Positions 35,651-45,972 of a DNA stretch of 47,069 nucleotides are shown piece after piece. Origin of the DNA: a virus (lineage: Duplodnaviria > Caudoviricetes); IMG/VR virus record IMGVR_UViG_3300011116_000483, positions 1 to 47,069 of that record; one strand, given 5' to 3'. Made by a program: the position numbers and the translations under genes. The first letter of the stretch is position 1. Every line of letters starts with the position of its first letter. Under the pieces are notes generated by a model that did not search any database, was not told the origin of the DNA, and was given only the letters and a program-made list of their open reading frames with translations.

Positions 35651-37440
35651 CTGACTATTACCTGTCCGGAGTAGCACTGGGGCCAACTGGCGCCCTTGAA
35701 AACGTACAGGTAACTGCCTATCTTGCTAGCCGTTTTACCAACCCACCAGCACAGAACCAAGCACCACCAGATACTCAGGTTCCTGATGCTGGTCCCGTTT
35801 ACCCCGGCCCACAGTTTGGTGGTCCCGGCCAATGGATTCTCAAAGTCCCTACTCAGGCTTCCTATTACGTCTCTATTGCCTACCCAGTAGCCGGTCTTAC
35901 GGGTACGGTTTATTCTTATTCGTGGGCGCTTGATAACAGCCTAACTGGTGGAAGTAGTGGAACTCAGGGTCCTCAGGGTTCGCAGGGCGCACAGGGCACT
36001 ACAGGGGCCTCTGGTGGGCAGGGAGCACAAGGTTCTCAAGGTGCCCAAGGACCGCAGGGAACTCAAGGTGCAACCGGTGCTCAAGGTGCAACCGGTGCTC
36101 AAGGTGCTACAGGTTCCCAAGGGCCACAAGGTTTTCAAGGTGCTACAGGTAGCCAAGGCTCAACCGGTGCTCAAGGCAGTACCGGTGCTCAAGGTCCACA
36201 GGGATTCCAAGGTGCCACTGGTGCACAGGGTACACAGGGGTTCCAAGGCAACCAAGGAAACCAAGGTTTTCAAGGAGCGATTGGTGCTGGTTATTCTTCG
36301 TCAACTTCGACAACAAGTTTTCTCATTGGCACTGGTTCTAAAACTTTTACCGTTGGAGCCACCGGCGCCTATGTCGTTGGTAACAGAGTTCGAGTTTCAA
36401 GCACAGCAACGCCAGCGAACTACATGGAAGGCATCATCACGGCGTTGACAACGAACACTTCCATCACGGTCAATGTTGACCTCGTTGGTGGTTCGGGAAC
36501 CATTGCCTCTTGGAACTTCGGCATTGCTGGAAACCAAGGAACCCAAGGCACACAGGGTAACCAAGGAACGACTGGTGCTCAGGGAAGCACTGGTGCTCAG
36601 GGAAGCACTGGTGCACAGGGTGCTACCGGTTCTCAAGGTTCTACCGGCGCCACTGGTGCCCAAGGACCGCAGGGTACGCAAGGATTTCAAGGCTTCCAAG
36701 GAACGCAGGGAACCACTGGTTCTCAAGGTGCTACAGGTAGCCAAGGTGCTACTGGTGCTCAAGGTTCACAAGGACCACAAGGTACGCAAGGTGTGCAAGG
36801 AACACAAGGTTTCCAAGGCTTTCAAGGTGCAACTGGTTCTCAAGGTGCAACTGGTTCTCAAGGTGCTACCGGTTCTCAAGGTTCTACCGGCGCCACTGGT
36901 GCCCAAGGTGCTACCGGCGCGCAAGGGCCACAAGGTAACCAAGGCTTCCAAGGTAACCAAGGCTTCCAAGGTAACCAAGGCTTTCAAGGTGTTGCTGCTG
37001 CAAGTAATACAATTTTTGTTAATGCTGGTGGAAGCACTAGTGTTTCAGTAACAAATACTTCTTCTGTTGTACCGCCAATTACTGTAAACCCTAATGGATT
37101 TAACTATTATTTGGTAACTGTTAATTGTGTTCAAACTGGAATTGCTACTAACGCTTCATGCAGAATGAACATAGGTTTTCAATCTACGTTGCTTTTTTCA
37201 GCAGTTCCAAATATTAGCATTGACGGTAATTTCCCAACTAGCCAAACTACAGGAACACATATTTTTAGCAGCGTAGGAACTACTACGGGAAGTTTAATGA
37301 CTTCTTCTTACACAACTATGCTTGCGGCAACCAATACAAACGCTTTTGCTCTTAGCGCTTTTGTCCAACTTACAGCAGCACCGGGTGCGTCGGTTCCAAC
37401 TTTTGCTTATTGGACGCTTACTGTTGTTGGTGTTGTTTAG
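35647..37440 (+). CDS. collagen-like tail fibre/spike
   Basis: Two long G-X-Y blocks (GxQ/GxT) separated by a beta domain; AT-rich C-terminal domain. Confidence 0.88.
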   Translation: MTDYYLSGVALGPTGALENVQVTAYLASRFTNPPAQNQAPPDTQVPDAGPVYPGPQFGGPGQWILKVPTQASYYVSIAYPVAGLTGTVYSYSWALDNSLTGGSSGTQGPQGSQGAQGTTGASGGQGAQGSQGAQGPQGTQGATGAQGATGAQGATGSQGPQGFQGATGSQGSTGAQGSTGAQGPQGFQGATGAQGTQGFQGNQGNQGFQGAIGAGYSSSTSTTSFLIGTGSKTFTVGATGAYVVGNRVRVSSTATPANYMEGIITALTTNTSITVNVDLVGGSGTIASWNFGIAGNQGTQGTQGNQGTTGAQGSTGAQGSTGAQGATGSQGSTGATGAQGPQGTQGFQGFQGTQGTTGSQGATGSQGATGAQGSQGPQGTQGVQGTQGFQGFQGATGSQGATGSQGATGSQGSTGATGAQGATGAQGPQGNQGFQGNQGFQGNQGFQGVAAASNTIFVNAGGSTSVSVTNTSSVVPPITVNPNGFNYYLVTVNCVQTGIATNASCRMNIGFQSTLLFSAVPNISIDGNFPTSQTTGTHIFSSVGTTTGSLMTSSYTTMLAATNTNAFALSAFVQLTAAPGASVPTFAYWTLTVVGVV

Positions 37441-37459
37441 AAGAATGGTAGACTAGAAC

Positions 37460-38455
37460 ATGACCGTCTTAACCGCCAGTGGTACCGCTTCGTATGGCTC
37501 TGGCTATTCTTTTAGCGACATCGTTGAAAAGGTTTATCGTCGCGTCATGTCTGGCGTGTCGGAGATTGCCCTCAACCTAACTGCCACTATTGATGGTAGC
37601 ACCTCAGCCAACATTGGTATAACGGGTGTGCAATCTTCTTCCTTGGTGCCCGGTGCCATTCTGTCTGTCGGCCTTGAACTCATGTTGGTACTTTCGTCCA
37701 ACTCATCTGCTGGTACGGTCAACGTAGAGCGTGGGTATTTAGGTTCCAATGCTGCCACCCACACTGCTGGCGACCTCGTGTACGTCAACCCTTCGCTGTC
37801 TAAGTTCGACGTTGGCGTTGCTATCAATGACGACCTGAACTCCCTGTCTGCTGCTGGCTTGGTCCGAATCAACAGCGCTGAAATTACCTACAACCCGGTG
37901 TTCATGGGATATGACCTTGGCGCTTTGCCACACAACTTTATTGACATTCTTGAGATTCGCTACAAGATTCCATTCCCTGACCGGCGCTACCCACCGATTA
38001 CCCGTTGGCACGTCAGCCGTTATCAGGACACCAGCGTGTTCCCATCAGGGAACTCACTCACCATTTACGAAGGTGGCTATCCCGGCCTCCCCATGTACGT
38101 CACCTACTCGGCACCGCTTGTTCCATACTCGTCATTGGACGACAACATTTGCAGCCCCCCTGTAAGCAACGACCCTGATGGTCCGTACAACGGTTACAGT
38201 GGCTTACTGTCCATCCCTAGCCTTCCGCCTACGGCTATTGACATTCCGCCTATCGGTGCCACCATCCAGTTGATTCAGAACCGTGAATTCTCTCGCAATG
38301 CCTACATGGTCCAGCCTGACCCTCGCAAGGCATCCGACGTTCCTGCTGGGGCAATCATGAACTCCACGCAGCGTATGGAAATTTGGCGACAGAAGCGTAT
38401 TGAAGAAGAAGTCGCTCGTATCCACAAGCAATACGGAAAACTGCCTCACCGATGA
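37460..38455 (+). CDS. head-tail adaptor / tail tubular A-like protein
   Basis: Position and size; leaderless start after TGGTAGACT. Confidence 0.6.
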   Translation: MTVLTASGTASYGSGYSFSDIVEKVYRRVMSGVSEIALNLTATIDGSTSANIGITGVQSSSLVPGAILSVGLELMLVLSSNSSAGTVNVERGYLGSNAATHTAGDLVYVNPSLSKFDVGVAINDDLNSLSAAGLVRINSAEITYNPVFMGYDLGALPHNFIDILEIRYKIPFPDRRYPPITRWHVSRYQDTSVFPSGNSLTIYEGGYPGLPMYVTYSAPLVPYSSLDDNICSPPVSNDPDGPYNGYSGLLSIPSLPPTAIDIPPIGATIQLIQNREFSRNAYMVQPDPRKASDVPAGAIMNSTQRMEIWRQKRIEEEVARIHKQYGKLPHR

Positions 38456-41166
38456 GTAGCGTACCCCCCGGCATAACAATTCCATATGCAGGACCAGTAC
38501 CTAACACGACGTGGTTCCCTAACCATAGGTACGAAGTTTACGACTCCTCCCCCCCTTCGGGCTACCCCGCGTACCCCAGTTCTACGGCTACGTCATTTAA
38601 TGTGACGGCTACCACTTTAACGCTTTCTGGCGGTACTTGGACAACGGACCAATATGTGGGTTTTAAAGTACAAAGCAACGGAAGTTACGCCATAGTAACT
38701 AGCAACTCAAACAACGTGCTTACGTTTGCTGGTGGCTGGGTAGGCACTCAACCAGCAACAGGGGCGCAGTTTAACGTTGCCCCTATTCCAAGCGTTATTT
38801 GGTACAACGGTACGCTTTGGACAGTCATTCTTGCTGGCACCAGTGGGAGCGTGGTGCCAACATGGGATAATACTAAAAGCGTCATATATGACGGTAGCAT
38901 CTGGTGGAGACAGGCTCTCCCATCTTCTAAGCAATACTTTCCTATTCCACAGCACGCTGTCAACCCTGCTTACACCTACCCGGATAACATTTCCATTGGC
39001 GGTAGGCCGTTTACTGCTAACACCTCGTATGAGCAATACCGCCGTGAGGCTTTTCGGCACAGGACCATTGCACCGCAACGCCAGTCAATTAACTTTGAAA
39101 ACGTGGCTGGCTACGGCACACTCAACACTGAGGGTCTGTGGCGACGCGACCAACTGGACTGGTCAAACGGGGCAGGCCAACAGTTCCTTGACCGCAAGCA
39201 GGACAGCACTGCATCCCGGTTCCTGTCATCCAAGGGCGTCAATCCGTGGGTTGAAAGCCAACTTACTTTGCTTAACGACACAGTGCGCCGTGGGCAGGCT
39301 TCTTCCAACACTAATTTCAAAGCCGTGACAGCAGGCCAGCAGGTGTGGTGTATTGACGGTACGTCTCTTTACTACTACAAGAACTCATGGAGTTCCACCC
39401 CAACTGGAACAGTGGCTATCACTGCAACGCCTACGCTTAACGACATTTGTTCTGACGGTGCTTACGTTTACGTTGCCACCAGTTCAGGCATTTGGAGCGT
39501 TGACACTACTGCTGCTACCCCTACGGCTACCCAATACGCAAAGTGCGACGGCACCACAGCCTTGCCGAATTACCAAATTGTGTTGGACAATTTTGCAGGC
39601 GCTAGCAACACCAACCTAATCCACACCAACAACACCGTTCCAAGCACCATCCAAATTGGGATGCCTGTCAGTGGCGGTGGGTTGCCAACAAACACCTATG
39701 TAACCGGAATCAGCAACAGTGCTATTAGTTTGAATAACAAATTATCTACAAGCATTACAACAAATGATTTGCTTACGTTTACATCGCAAATCAATTACAC
39801 TGTTTCTGCGTTTACCAAAGTGTGGGTATGCAACAACGTTGTTGTTGTTGCTGCTAAGCAATCTACTGGTAGTTCCAACTGCCTATTTGGATTTGTGAAC
39901 AAGCCTGTTGCTGGTGCTGTCCCGGACGCATCGAACGTGCTGATGATTCACCCCAACCCTAACTTTACTTGGACTTGTGCAACAGGTGGAGCAACCCAAA
40001 TTTACATGGGTGGGTCTATTGCTAACGGGAACTCTTCACAAGGTTTTATCTACCGCTCTTCAATGACCGGTAGTTCGGTCAACTCATCGGTTAACCAACC
40101 GTTCGACTTGAACTACCCAATTCAGACGTTGCCACTTGAGACTGGTGAATACCCAACCTGCTTGTACGCATACCTGAACTTCATCTTTGTCGGCACCAAC
40201 CTTGGTGTCAGAATGTGCCAGACGCTTTCAGTGTACGACCCAAGCGCTACTCAAACTGGTGACCTCAAGGCTGGCCCTTTGGCACCTAACCTTTTGCAGC
40301 CTGTGTCATCACCCGTGTATGCCATTGTCGGTGATGGGCGCTTTGTCTACTTCGGTTGGAACAACTACGACACCACCAGCACTGGTATTGGACGCATGGA
40401 CCTGACCCAGACCATCGGTGGCGACACGCTTTCGCTGGCGTATGCTTCTGACCTTATGGTTACTGGTCAAGGTACTATTAACAACCTTGCCGTTGACCCG
40501 TTCAACAACACGCCTCTGATGTCCATAATTGGCAAAGGCGCCTACTCTGCCGACCTGACCAAGTATGTTCCTAGTGGGTACATTGACTCTGGCTCAATTA
40601 CTTACGGCATTTCGGACGACAAGATTCCAGTCAAGATTGACATGTCTGCTAACATCAACGGTTCGTCTGGCATTGGCATCAGCCTCAAATTGTTTGACCC
40701 AACTGGTCCAAGCATCATTGTATCCCCAGATAACTACAAAGGCATTGAAATTGACATTGGCGGTAGTGCTCGTTCCGAGCGAATCAATACAATCTTGACC
40801 CTGTATTCGGCCTCAAACAACACGGCGACGCCTACGTTGTACAGGTACACGCTCAAGTCTTGGCCTACGGCAGTTACGGAAACTGTAATTACGCCCGTCT
40901 TGATGTTCTACAAAAATGTTCTATCAGGGGCACAGGTCCAGCATGATGACCCGTATGACAATTTCTGGTTCTTGCAACAACTGATTCAAAGCCAGACTAT
41001 TGTACAATATAAGGAAGGGCCACTCAGCGCTAACGTTGTTGTCGAAGCAATGGATTGGCTACCTAACAAGTTGAGCGATGATTACAACCAAGGTTTTGTT
41101 GGGGACTGTGTTGTCACTCTCAAAACCATCGGTGGTTACCAGTACAATGCGACTCCAACCCAATAG
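38452..41166 (+). CDS. tail nozzle / tubular B-like beta-propeller protein
   Basis: 904 aa; WRRDQLDWSNGAGQ.F.D...F.SSKGVNPW; beta-rich. Confidence 0.7.
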   Translation: MSSVPPGITIPYAGPVPNTTWFPNHRYEVYDSSPPSGYPAYPSSTATSFNVTATTLTLSGGTWTTDQYVGFKVQSNGSYAIVTSNSNNVLTFAGGWVGTQPATGAQFNVAPIPSVIWYNGTLWTVILAGTSGSVVPTWDNTKSVIYDGSIWWRQALPSSKQYFPIPQHAVNPAYTYPDNISIGGRPFTANTSYEQYRREAFRHRTIAPQRQSINFENVAGYGTLNTEGLWRRDQLDWSNGAGQQFLDRKQDSTASRFLSSKGVNPWVESQLTLLNDTVRRGQASSNTNFKAVTAGQQVWCIDGTSLYYYKNSWSSTPTGTVAITATPTLNDICSDGAYVYVATSSGIWSVDTTAATPTATQYAKCDGTTALPNYQIVLDNFAGASNTNLIHTNNTVPSTIQIGMPVSGGGLPTNTYVTGISNSAISLNNKLSTSITTNDLLTFTSQINYTVSAFTKVWVCNNVVVVAAKQSTGSSNCLFGFVNKPVAGAVPDASNVLMIHPNPNFTWTCATGGATQIYMGGSIANGNSSQGFIYRSSMTGSSVNSSVNQPFDLNYPIQTLPLETGEYPTCLYAYLNFIFVGTNLGVRMCQTLSVYDPSATQTGDLKAGPLAPNLLQPVSSPVYAIVGDGRFVYFGWNNYDTTSTGIGRMDLTQTIGGDTLSLAYASDLMVTGQGTINNLAVDPFNNTPLMSIIGKGAYSADLTKYVPSGYIDSGSITYGISDDKIPVKIDMSANINGSSGIGISLKLFDPTGPSIIVSPDNYKGIEIDIGGSARSERINTILTLYSASNNTATPTLYRYTLKSWPTAVTETVITPVLMFYKNVLSGAQVQHDDPYDNFWFLQQLIQSQTIVQYKEGPLSANVVVEAMDWLPNKLSDDYNQGFVGDCVVTLKTIGGYQYNATPTQ

Positions 41167-41178
41167 AAGGTAGAACCA

Positions 41179-42168
41179 GTGCCAGTTACTTTAGATTATT
41201 CTGTTCGTTCGTATGGTGGTGGCGCTGCGCCTACCACTATTACGCAGACCATCACGTCTGTTGCTACGAATATCCTTCTTGCCGACACAACTACTTGGCT
41301 TGAGGTAAACACCGGGTCAAAACTGACTACCTCTGGGTACATTGTTATCGCTATTGACTATGGCTTGTCTACTGAGGAAAAAGTACTTTGTACTGGTCTT
41401 ACTGGCAATGGAACTAGCCAGACCATCACTGCTCTTTTGAGAGGTTACGACGGGACGACAGCACAATCCCACAGTTCAGGTGCCACGGTTGCCGTTGTCG
41501 CAAGCAGTGCTGAACTAGCAGAAGCAAACAAGGCAGCAGCATCAACACTTTATTTAAACACATCGCCCGGAAGTGACCCTTCTTTCCCGGGGCTTATTGA
41601 GTGGGGTAGCACTACAAGCGCGTCTACTAATGGGACTGTTACTACTGCTGCATCTTCGGACCACAAACACTTTTTGCCACAATCACTTGTCACTGATTTG
41701 ATTAACCAAACGTACGTCCAAAGTCGGCAGAAGAACACTAGCGCTGCACGAAGCGGTGGTAGCGGTGGAACTAACGTAACCCTGCCCAATACTGCACCGG
41801 CGTCGTCTGTTATTACTAACACCACCACATCTGTTGCCATCACTGGCGTAACCAAAGTCATGTGGGTTGCCAAGTTCCAATGGCATGGTGCTACTACTGC
41901 CAACGCTAACGAAGTGCTTGCCAACTTGTACGGCTCTACTAACAGTGGAAGCACTTGGACAAACTTAGACAGTGCTTCCGCAGGCTACATGCCAGCAGTG
42001 GCAAGCGCCAACACTGTGGTGACTTTTGTTGCCACTAGTGTTTACGCTGGTTTAACTGCAACAAACACTTACGTTTTTGCCCTTAACGGAAGCGCTTCGT
42101 CAACTGGCGGGTCAACAGACCGTGACCACTTCAACCGCTTCAACCTCTCAGTGATTGGAATTCCGTAA
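41179..42168 (+). CDS. tail fibre-like protein
   Basis: EEKV...RGYDGTTAQSHSSGATV; Thr/Ser-rich; ASSDHKH. Confidence 0.7.
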   Translation: MPVTLDYSVRSYGGGAAPTTITQTITSVATNILLADTTTWLEVNTGSKLTTSGYIVIAIDYGLSTEEKVLCTGLTGNGTSQTITALLRGYDGTTAQSHSSGATVAVVASSAELAEANKAAASTLYLNTSPGSDPSFPGLIEWGSTTSASTNGTVTTAASSDHKHFLPQSLVTDLINQTYVQSRQKNTSAARSGGSGGTNVTLPNTAPASSVITNTTTSVAITGVTKVMWVAKFQWHGATTANANEVLANLYGSTNSGSTWTNLDSASAGYMPAVASANTVVTFVATSVYAGLTATNTYVFALNGSASSTGGSTDRDHFNRFNLSVIGIP

Positions 42169-42845
42169 TGCCTACCATGCGCCAGAAGATTGTTGCTAAT
42201 GCCAAGTGGGGCGTAGCCAACGCTAACCAAATCCACTACTCACAAGGTGGGCAACGGATGGAGGGTGTGCATCACCCCTTCAAGTTGCCTCTCACCGCCG
42301 ACTGCTCAGCATGGGTGACTGACTGCTACAACTGGGCAGGTGCCCCTGACCCTAACGGCATGAACTACGGGGGCTTTGGCTACACCGGTACTCTGCTGTC
42401 GCATGGTGAGCACATTGTTCTGTCAGACGTACAGTACGGCGACGTGGTGGTTTACGGTGGTGGCACCGGGGAGCACACAGCCATTGTCATAGAGGTACAC
42501 AACAACACCGATGTGTTGACGGTTAGTCACGGCTGGGAAGGTGACCCTTCCTACGTCTGGGTGAACGCACCACGCACTGTGCCTCGTGGGGCTTACGGAG
42601 TTGATGGGCGCACCCCACAAATTTACCTACGTTTTCTCCCTAAAGACCCCAAGATTGCTACCAACGGTTCGCTCCCACCAAGCAAGGCTAAGGTCGTTGC
42701 TGCTGTTGGCGGTAAGCCACGCAAGGTTCTTAAGTTCAAGAACACTCAGGAGATTAAGAAGTGGCAGGCTGCTCATGGCCTTGCTGCCGATGGAATCATT
42801 GGGCCACTGACTACCGCCAAGTTGCGGTCCCTTGGACTGATGTGA
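42168..42845 (+). CDS. endolysin: NlpC/P60-like peptidase plus peptidoglycan-binding domain
   Basis: YSQG...ADCSAWV...GDVVVYG...EHTAIV...SHG; C-terminal WQAAHGLAADGIIGPLT. Confidence 0.9.
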   Translation: MPTMRQKIVANAKWGVANANQIHYSQGGQRMEGVHHPFKLPLTADCSAWVTDCYNWAGAPDPNGMNYGGFGYTGTLLSHGEHIVLSDVQYGDVVVYGGGTGEHTAIVIEVHNNTDVLTVSHGWEGDPSYVWVNAPRTVPRGAYGVDGRTPQIYLRFLPKDPKIATNGSLPPSKAKVVAAVGGKPRKVLKFKNTQEIKKWQAAHGLAADGIIGPLTTAKLRSLGLM

Positions 42846-42846
42846 C

Positions 42847-43149
42847 ATGTTATCCGCAGTTGATTTCCCAACGCTTCTTGGCGAGGTTTACAGTGTTGTT
42901 TTCATTCTCGGTGGTTTGTTCGGTGGTGGCACCGTAGTGTTTACCGCCCATCGTCGTCATGTAGAGCATCGCAAAAACCAAGTAGAGACTCGTGAAATTG
43001 TTGATGCTCTTGTCGTCACTGTCAAAGAGCAAGATGAAACCCTTGCCCGTATCGAACACAAGTTGACCATGAACGGCAAGAACACCAGCAACCCTGCCGA
43101 CCTGCTCGGCCTCATCTGCGACAGACTAGGAATTGAAATCCCCTCATGA
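42847..43149 (+). CDS. holin-like membrane protein
   Basis: N-terminal TM helix plus coiled coil, directly after the lysin. Confidence 0.55.
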   Translation: MLSAVDFPTLLGEVYSVVFILGGLFGGGTVVFTAHRRHVEHRKNQVETREIVDALVVTVKEQDETLARIEHKLTMNGKNTSNPADLLGLICDRLGIEIPS

Positions 43150-43466
43150 ACATCTGGCTTGAAGTTCTCTTCTATTCTGCTGTCGGCTCTGTCTGCATGT
43201 TGGTCAAGGACCTTGTAGGCACCATACTCGTTGACGCTATCGCCAACGGCAAGGCCAAGTTAGCAGGCAACATGGACGGCATCTTGGACTGTGCGTCCAT
43301 CGTCCTGTCTGCGTTTTCAGGTGTAAACTTGATTGGTCTAGGTTGGCGTGGCTGGCTAGGCATTGTCCCAATCGCCCTCGTTGGTAAGTACACGACGCAA
43401 CACTCAGTTAAGTGGAGCCACGAGAACATCCAACAGGAGCCAGAAGTTGAGGGAAGCGAACGCTAA
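43146..43466 (+). CDS. membrane protein in the lysis module
   Basis: 2-3 hydrophobic segments. Confidence 0.6.
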   Translation: MNIWLEVLFYSAVGSVCMLVKDLVGTILVDAIANGKAKLAGNMDGILDCASIVLSAFSGVNLIGLGWRGWLGIVPIALVGKYTTQHSVKWSHENIQQEPEVEGSER

Positions 43467-43589
43467 GGTTGACCGCCTAGTAAAGCAGTGGATTGCTAAC
43501 CCCACTGAGAGCAACCTTCAAGTTCTCAAATACGCTGCCGACGTTCGCGACCGGCTGTACTTTCAAATGAAAAGAGAGAAGGCAATCCG

Positions 43590-44093
43590 ATGAACCAAGG
43601 TGACCTCGTAGTGGCACACGGTGCCAACATCATCAGCAAGGCTATTCGCTTTGGCGAGTGGCTGCGTGGTGGAGAGAGGCGCAAGGGTTCTAAGTGGAAC
43701 CACGTTGCCATCCTGTCGCATCAGGTAGACGGCGTATGGTACGTCATTCAGGCCGAGGCCGAAGGCGTGACCAACGACAAGACCCTAGACAGCATCGCTC
43801 CCGGTGGCGTCTATGAGGTGCACCCCTTCCCTGCTGGTGCCGACAGGGAGTTGTTCATGAGTTTCGTGAACGACCAAGTGGGAGCAAAGTATGGGTACGT
43901 CAGCATCCTGTCTTGCATCGTAGACATCATCCTTCCAGACAGCATTTGTTTGCGTAAAGCAAAGACATGGATTTGTTCTGGCCTTGCTGCTGCTGGTCTG
44001 ATGTATGCAGGTTGGAAACCTACGAGTAAGTGGGCACGCAAAGACATTTACACCATGATGCCTAGCGAAGTGTACATCGAATTGGTGCGTTAA
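43590..44093 (+). CDS. permuted papain-like NlpC/P60 enzyme (YiiX/YaeF family)
   Basis: GDLV...WNHVAIL...GAKY...ICSGL (His before Cys). Confidence 0.82.
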   Translation: MNQGDLVVAHGANIISKAIRFGEWLRGGERRKGSKWNHVAILSHQVDGVWYVIQAEAEGVTNDKTLDSIAPGGVYEVHPFPAGADRELFMSFVNDQVGAKYGYVSILSCIVDIILPDSICLRKAKTWICSGLAAAGLMYAGWKPTSKWARKDIYTMMPSEVYIELVR

Positions 44094-44125
44094 TCTGATA
44101 CAATCATGGGGACTAGGGAGGTCAC

Positions 44126-44941
44126 ATGGCTCAACCAAGTACCCACGTTTTTATTCCTGATACACAGATTACTCCGGATACACCAACCGACCACATTAAG
44201 TGGGTTGGCATGTACCTTGAGGACCTACTCTCCAAGAGAGAGGGCAGGGTTGAGGTCATCCAGATTGGCGACTGGCACGACATGCCATCGCTGTCCTCGT
44301 ACGACAAGCCCGGTAGCAAGAACGCAGAGGGCCAACGCATTGAGGCCGACCTAGCCGTGGGCAACGAGCAGATTGCCGTCCTCTCAGGCTACCTGAATCA
44401 AGCCGACAAGATTCGCATGGCTAAGGGCGAACGCAAGATAGGTCGCCACCACCTCCGGGGCAACCACGAGGACCGTCTATTTCGCCTTGTGAGAGACGAC
44501 GTGAAGTTTGAAGGGGTATTCGGCCCCAAGTCTTTTGACTGGCAGAAGCACGGCTGGAAAACCACTGAGTTCAAGGAACTCAAGTTCATTGACGGCATCG
44601 CCTATTCGCATTTCTTTTACAACCCCATGACAGGAAGGCCGTACAGTGGAAACAACATCGAACTCAGACTCAAGACCATCGGTTGCTCATTCAGTATGGG
44701 GCATCAGCAAGTGCATCTCACGGGGATGCGTCAAACCATTGCAGGGGTGCAAAGAGGACTCGTGTCCGGCGTCTGCTATCTTCACGACGAAGATTACGTC
44801 GGGCCACAAGGAAACGGAGAGTGGCGAGGAATCATCGTCAAAAACGAGGTCAATGAAGGGACCTATGACATCATGGAAGTCTCCCTTGACTACCTCTGCC
44901 GACGCTACGAAGGAGTCTCCCTTGCCAAGTTCCTCAAGTAA
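44126..44941 (+). CDS. calcineurin-like metallophosphoesterase
   Basis: IPDTQ, IGDWHDM, GNHEDR, YSH, GHQQ. Confidence 0.9.
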   Translation: MAQPSTHVFIPDTQITPDTPTDHIKWVGMYLEDLLSKREGRVEVIQIGDWHDMPSLSSYDKPGSKNAEGQRIEADLAVGNEQIAVLSGYLNQADKIRMAKGERKIGRHHLRGNHEDRLFRLVRDDVKFEGVFGPKSFDWQKHGWKTTEFKELKFIDGIAYSHFFYNPMTGRPYSGNNIELRLKTIGCSFSMGHQQVHLTGMRQTIAGVQRGLVSGVCYLHDEDYVGPQGNGEWRGIIVKNEVNEGTYDIMEVSLDYLCRRYEGVSLAKFLK

Positions 44942-45248
44942 AACCATCCTCGAAGAGGCAGCAGGCATCACCACCACTGACCGCAACATAACTTACGGGC
45001 AACCGATTGACAACCACGGTCGTACCGCAGAGTTCTGGTCAACGTACCTTGGCACCAACATCACCCCAGAGGACGTGTGCTGGATGATGATGCTGGTCAA
45101 GGTGTCACGGAACATGCACGCCCCATCACGAGACAACCTCGTTGACATGGCTGGCTACGCTCGCAACATTGAGATGATTCGGGATGCAAGCCAAAGCCGT
45201 GTTACAAACTTTGGGCACTTGCCATACTCCAACCCAAACGGAATCTAA
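44922..45248 (+). CDS. DUF6378-like protein (all-alpha nucleotide pyrophosphatase-like)
   Basis: ILEEA..ITTTDRNITYGQP..NH.R.A..WS.YLG...V..MM.LVKVSR...DN.VD.AGYA; TTG start after aggag. Confidence 0.8.
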   Translation: MPSSSSKTILEEAAGITTTDRNITYGQPIDNHGRTAEFWSTYLGTNITPEDVCWMMMLVKVSRNMHAPSRDNLVDMAGYARNIEMIRDASQSRVTNFGHLPYSNPNGI

Positions 45249-45274
45249 ACTCCATAACCTCCAACAAGAAAATT

Positions 45275-45481
45275 CTATATTGGAGGTTGAGGCTTAAGGT
45301 CCAATAAGTGAGGGTGGCCTTTGTGGTGGTACTTGCCACAAGGCCAACAGAAGTTACTTTCCTTGGGGCAGGGCATTGGGTCAACATCCATGTTACCGTA
45401 GACGTGCTGGAACCTATCGTTCTCCGGAAAATACTCAAGCACCAATCCACAGTCTTGGCATTTCTGAGTTGGGTTTTTCAT
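45275..45481 (-). CDS. small Cys/His-rich protein
   Basis: CQDCG...H...C...CWPCG; ATGA-coupled. Confidence 0.65.
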   Translation of the reverse strand: MKNPTQKCQDCGLVLEYFPENDRFQHVYGNMDVDPMPCPKESNFCWPCGKYHHKGHPHLLDLKPQPPI

Positions 45482-45972
45482 GGCTTTGCCCCACACTTGA
45501 TGCAGTAGTCGCGACGGATGCCAACAAGTGCTTCACCCTGTCTTGACCATTCTCGAAACTGGTGCTTGCACTCTACGTTCTGCCCCTTAGGTGGGTATTC
45601 CGCAGTATCCGTTTGTGCAGGGCTAACTGAACCATTTGTGCGCTCTGGTTGCGATAACGGGTCTGTGGTTGCTTCCGCTCCCCTAAAGAACTTCACTACG
45701 TCTTCCGGGTGCTTGTCACTCCACTCAGGCTGTGCTGAAATGTAACCGCAAGCCATGTAGAACAGGGGCCTCTCTGCTTCCCAAGCATCAAGCACTCGAA
45801 TTATGTCTTGCAAGTATTCAGCGTAAAGGCAAGGCCAAGGGACATAACAATCATCGCAATAATCTTCATCATTTGGAGTAGGCGCCAAGCCGTTGTCATG
45901 CCTGCTTTTATTGTGGTATTCCATGTCATGCTTGACTTTGGCTCGCAGTTCGTCTCGTTGTTGCTGGTTCAT
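45478..45972 (-). CDS. variant of 2180..2629 with a different C-terminal Zn finger (YCIKCGAKP)
   Basis: Shared N-terminus; diverges after SPAQT. Confidence 0.75.
   Translation of the reverse strand: MNQQQRDELRAKVKHDMEYHNKSRHDNGLAPTPNDEDYCDDCYVPWPCLYAEYLQDIIRVLDAWEAERPLFYMACGYISAQPEWSDKHPEDVVKFFRGAEATTDPLSQPERTNGSVSPAQTDTAEYPPKGQNVECKHQFREWSRQGEALVGIRRDYCIKCGAKP

Noticed and set aside
19222-44989. Numerous antisense and alternate-frame ORFs overlapping the structural genes
   Set aside because: Shadow ORFs of long coding sequences with no motifs or translation signals
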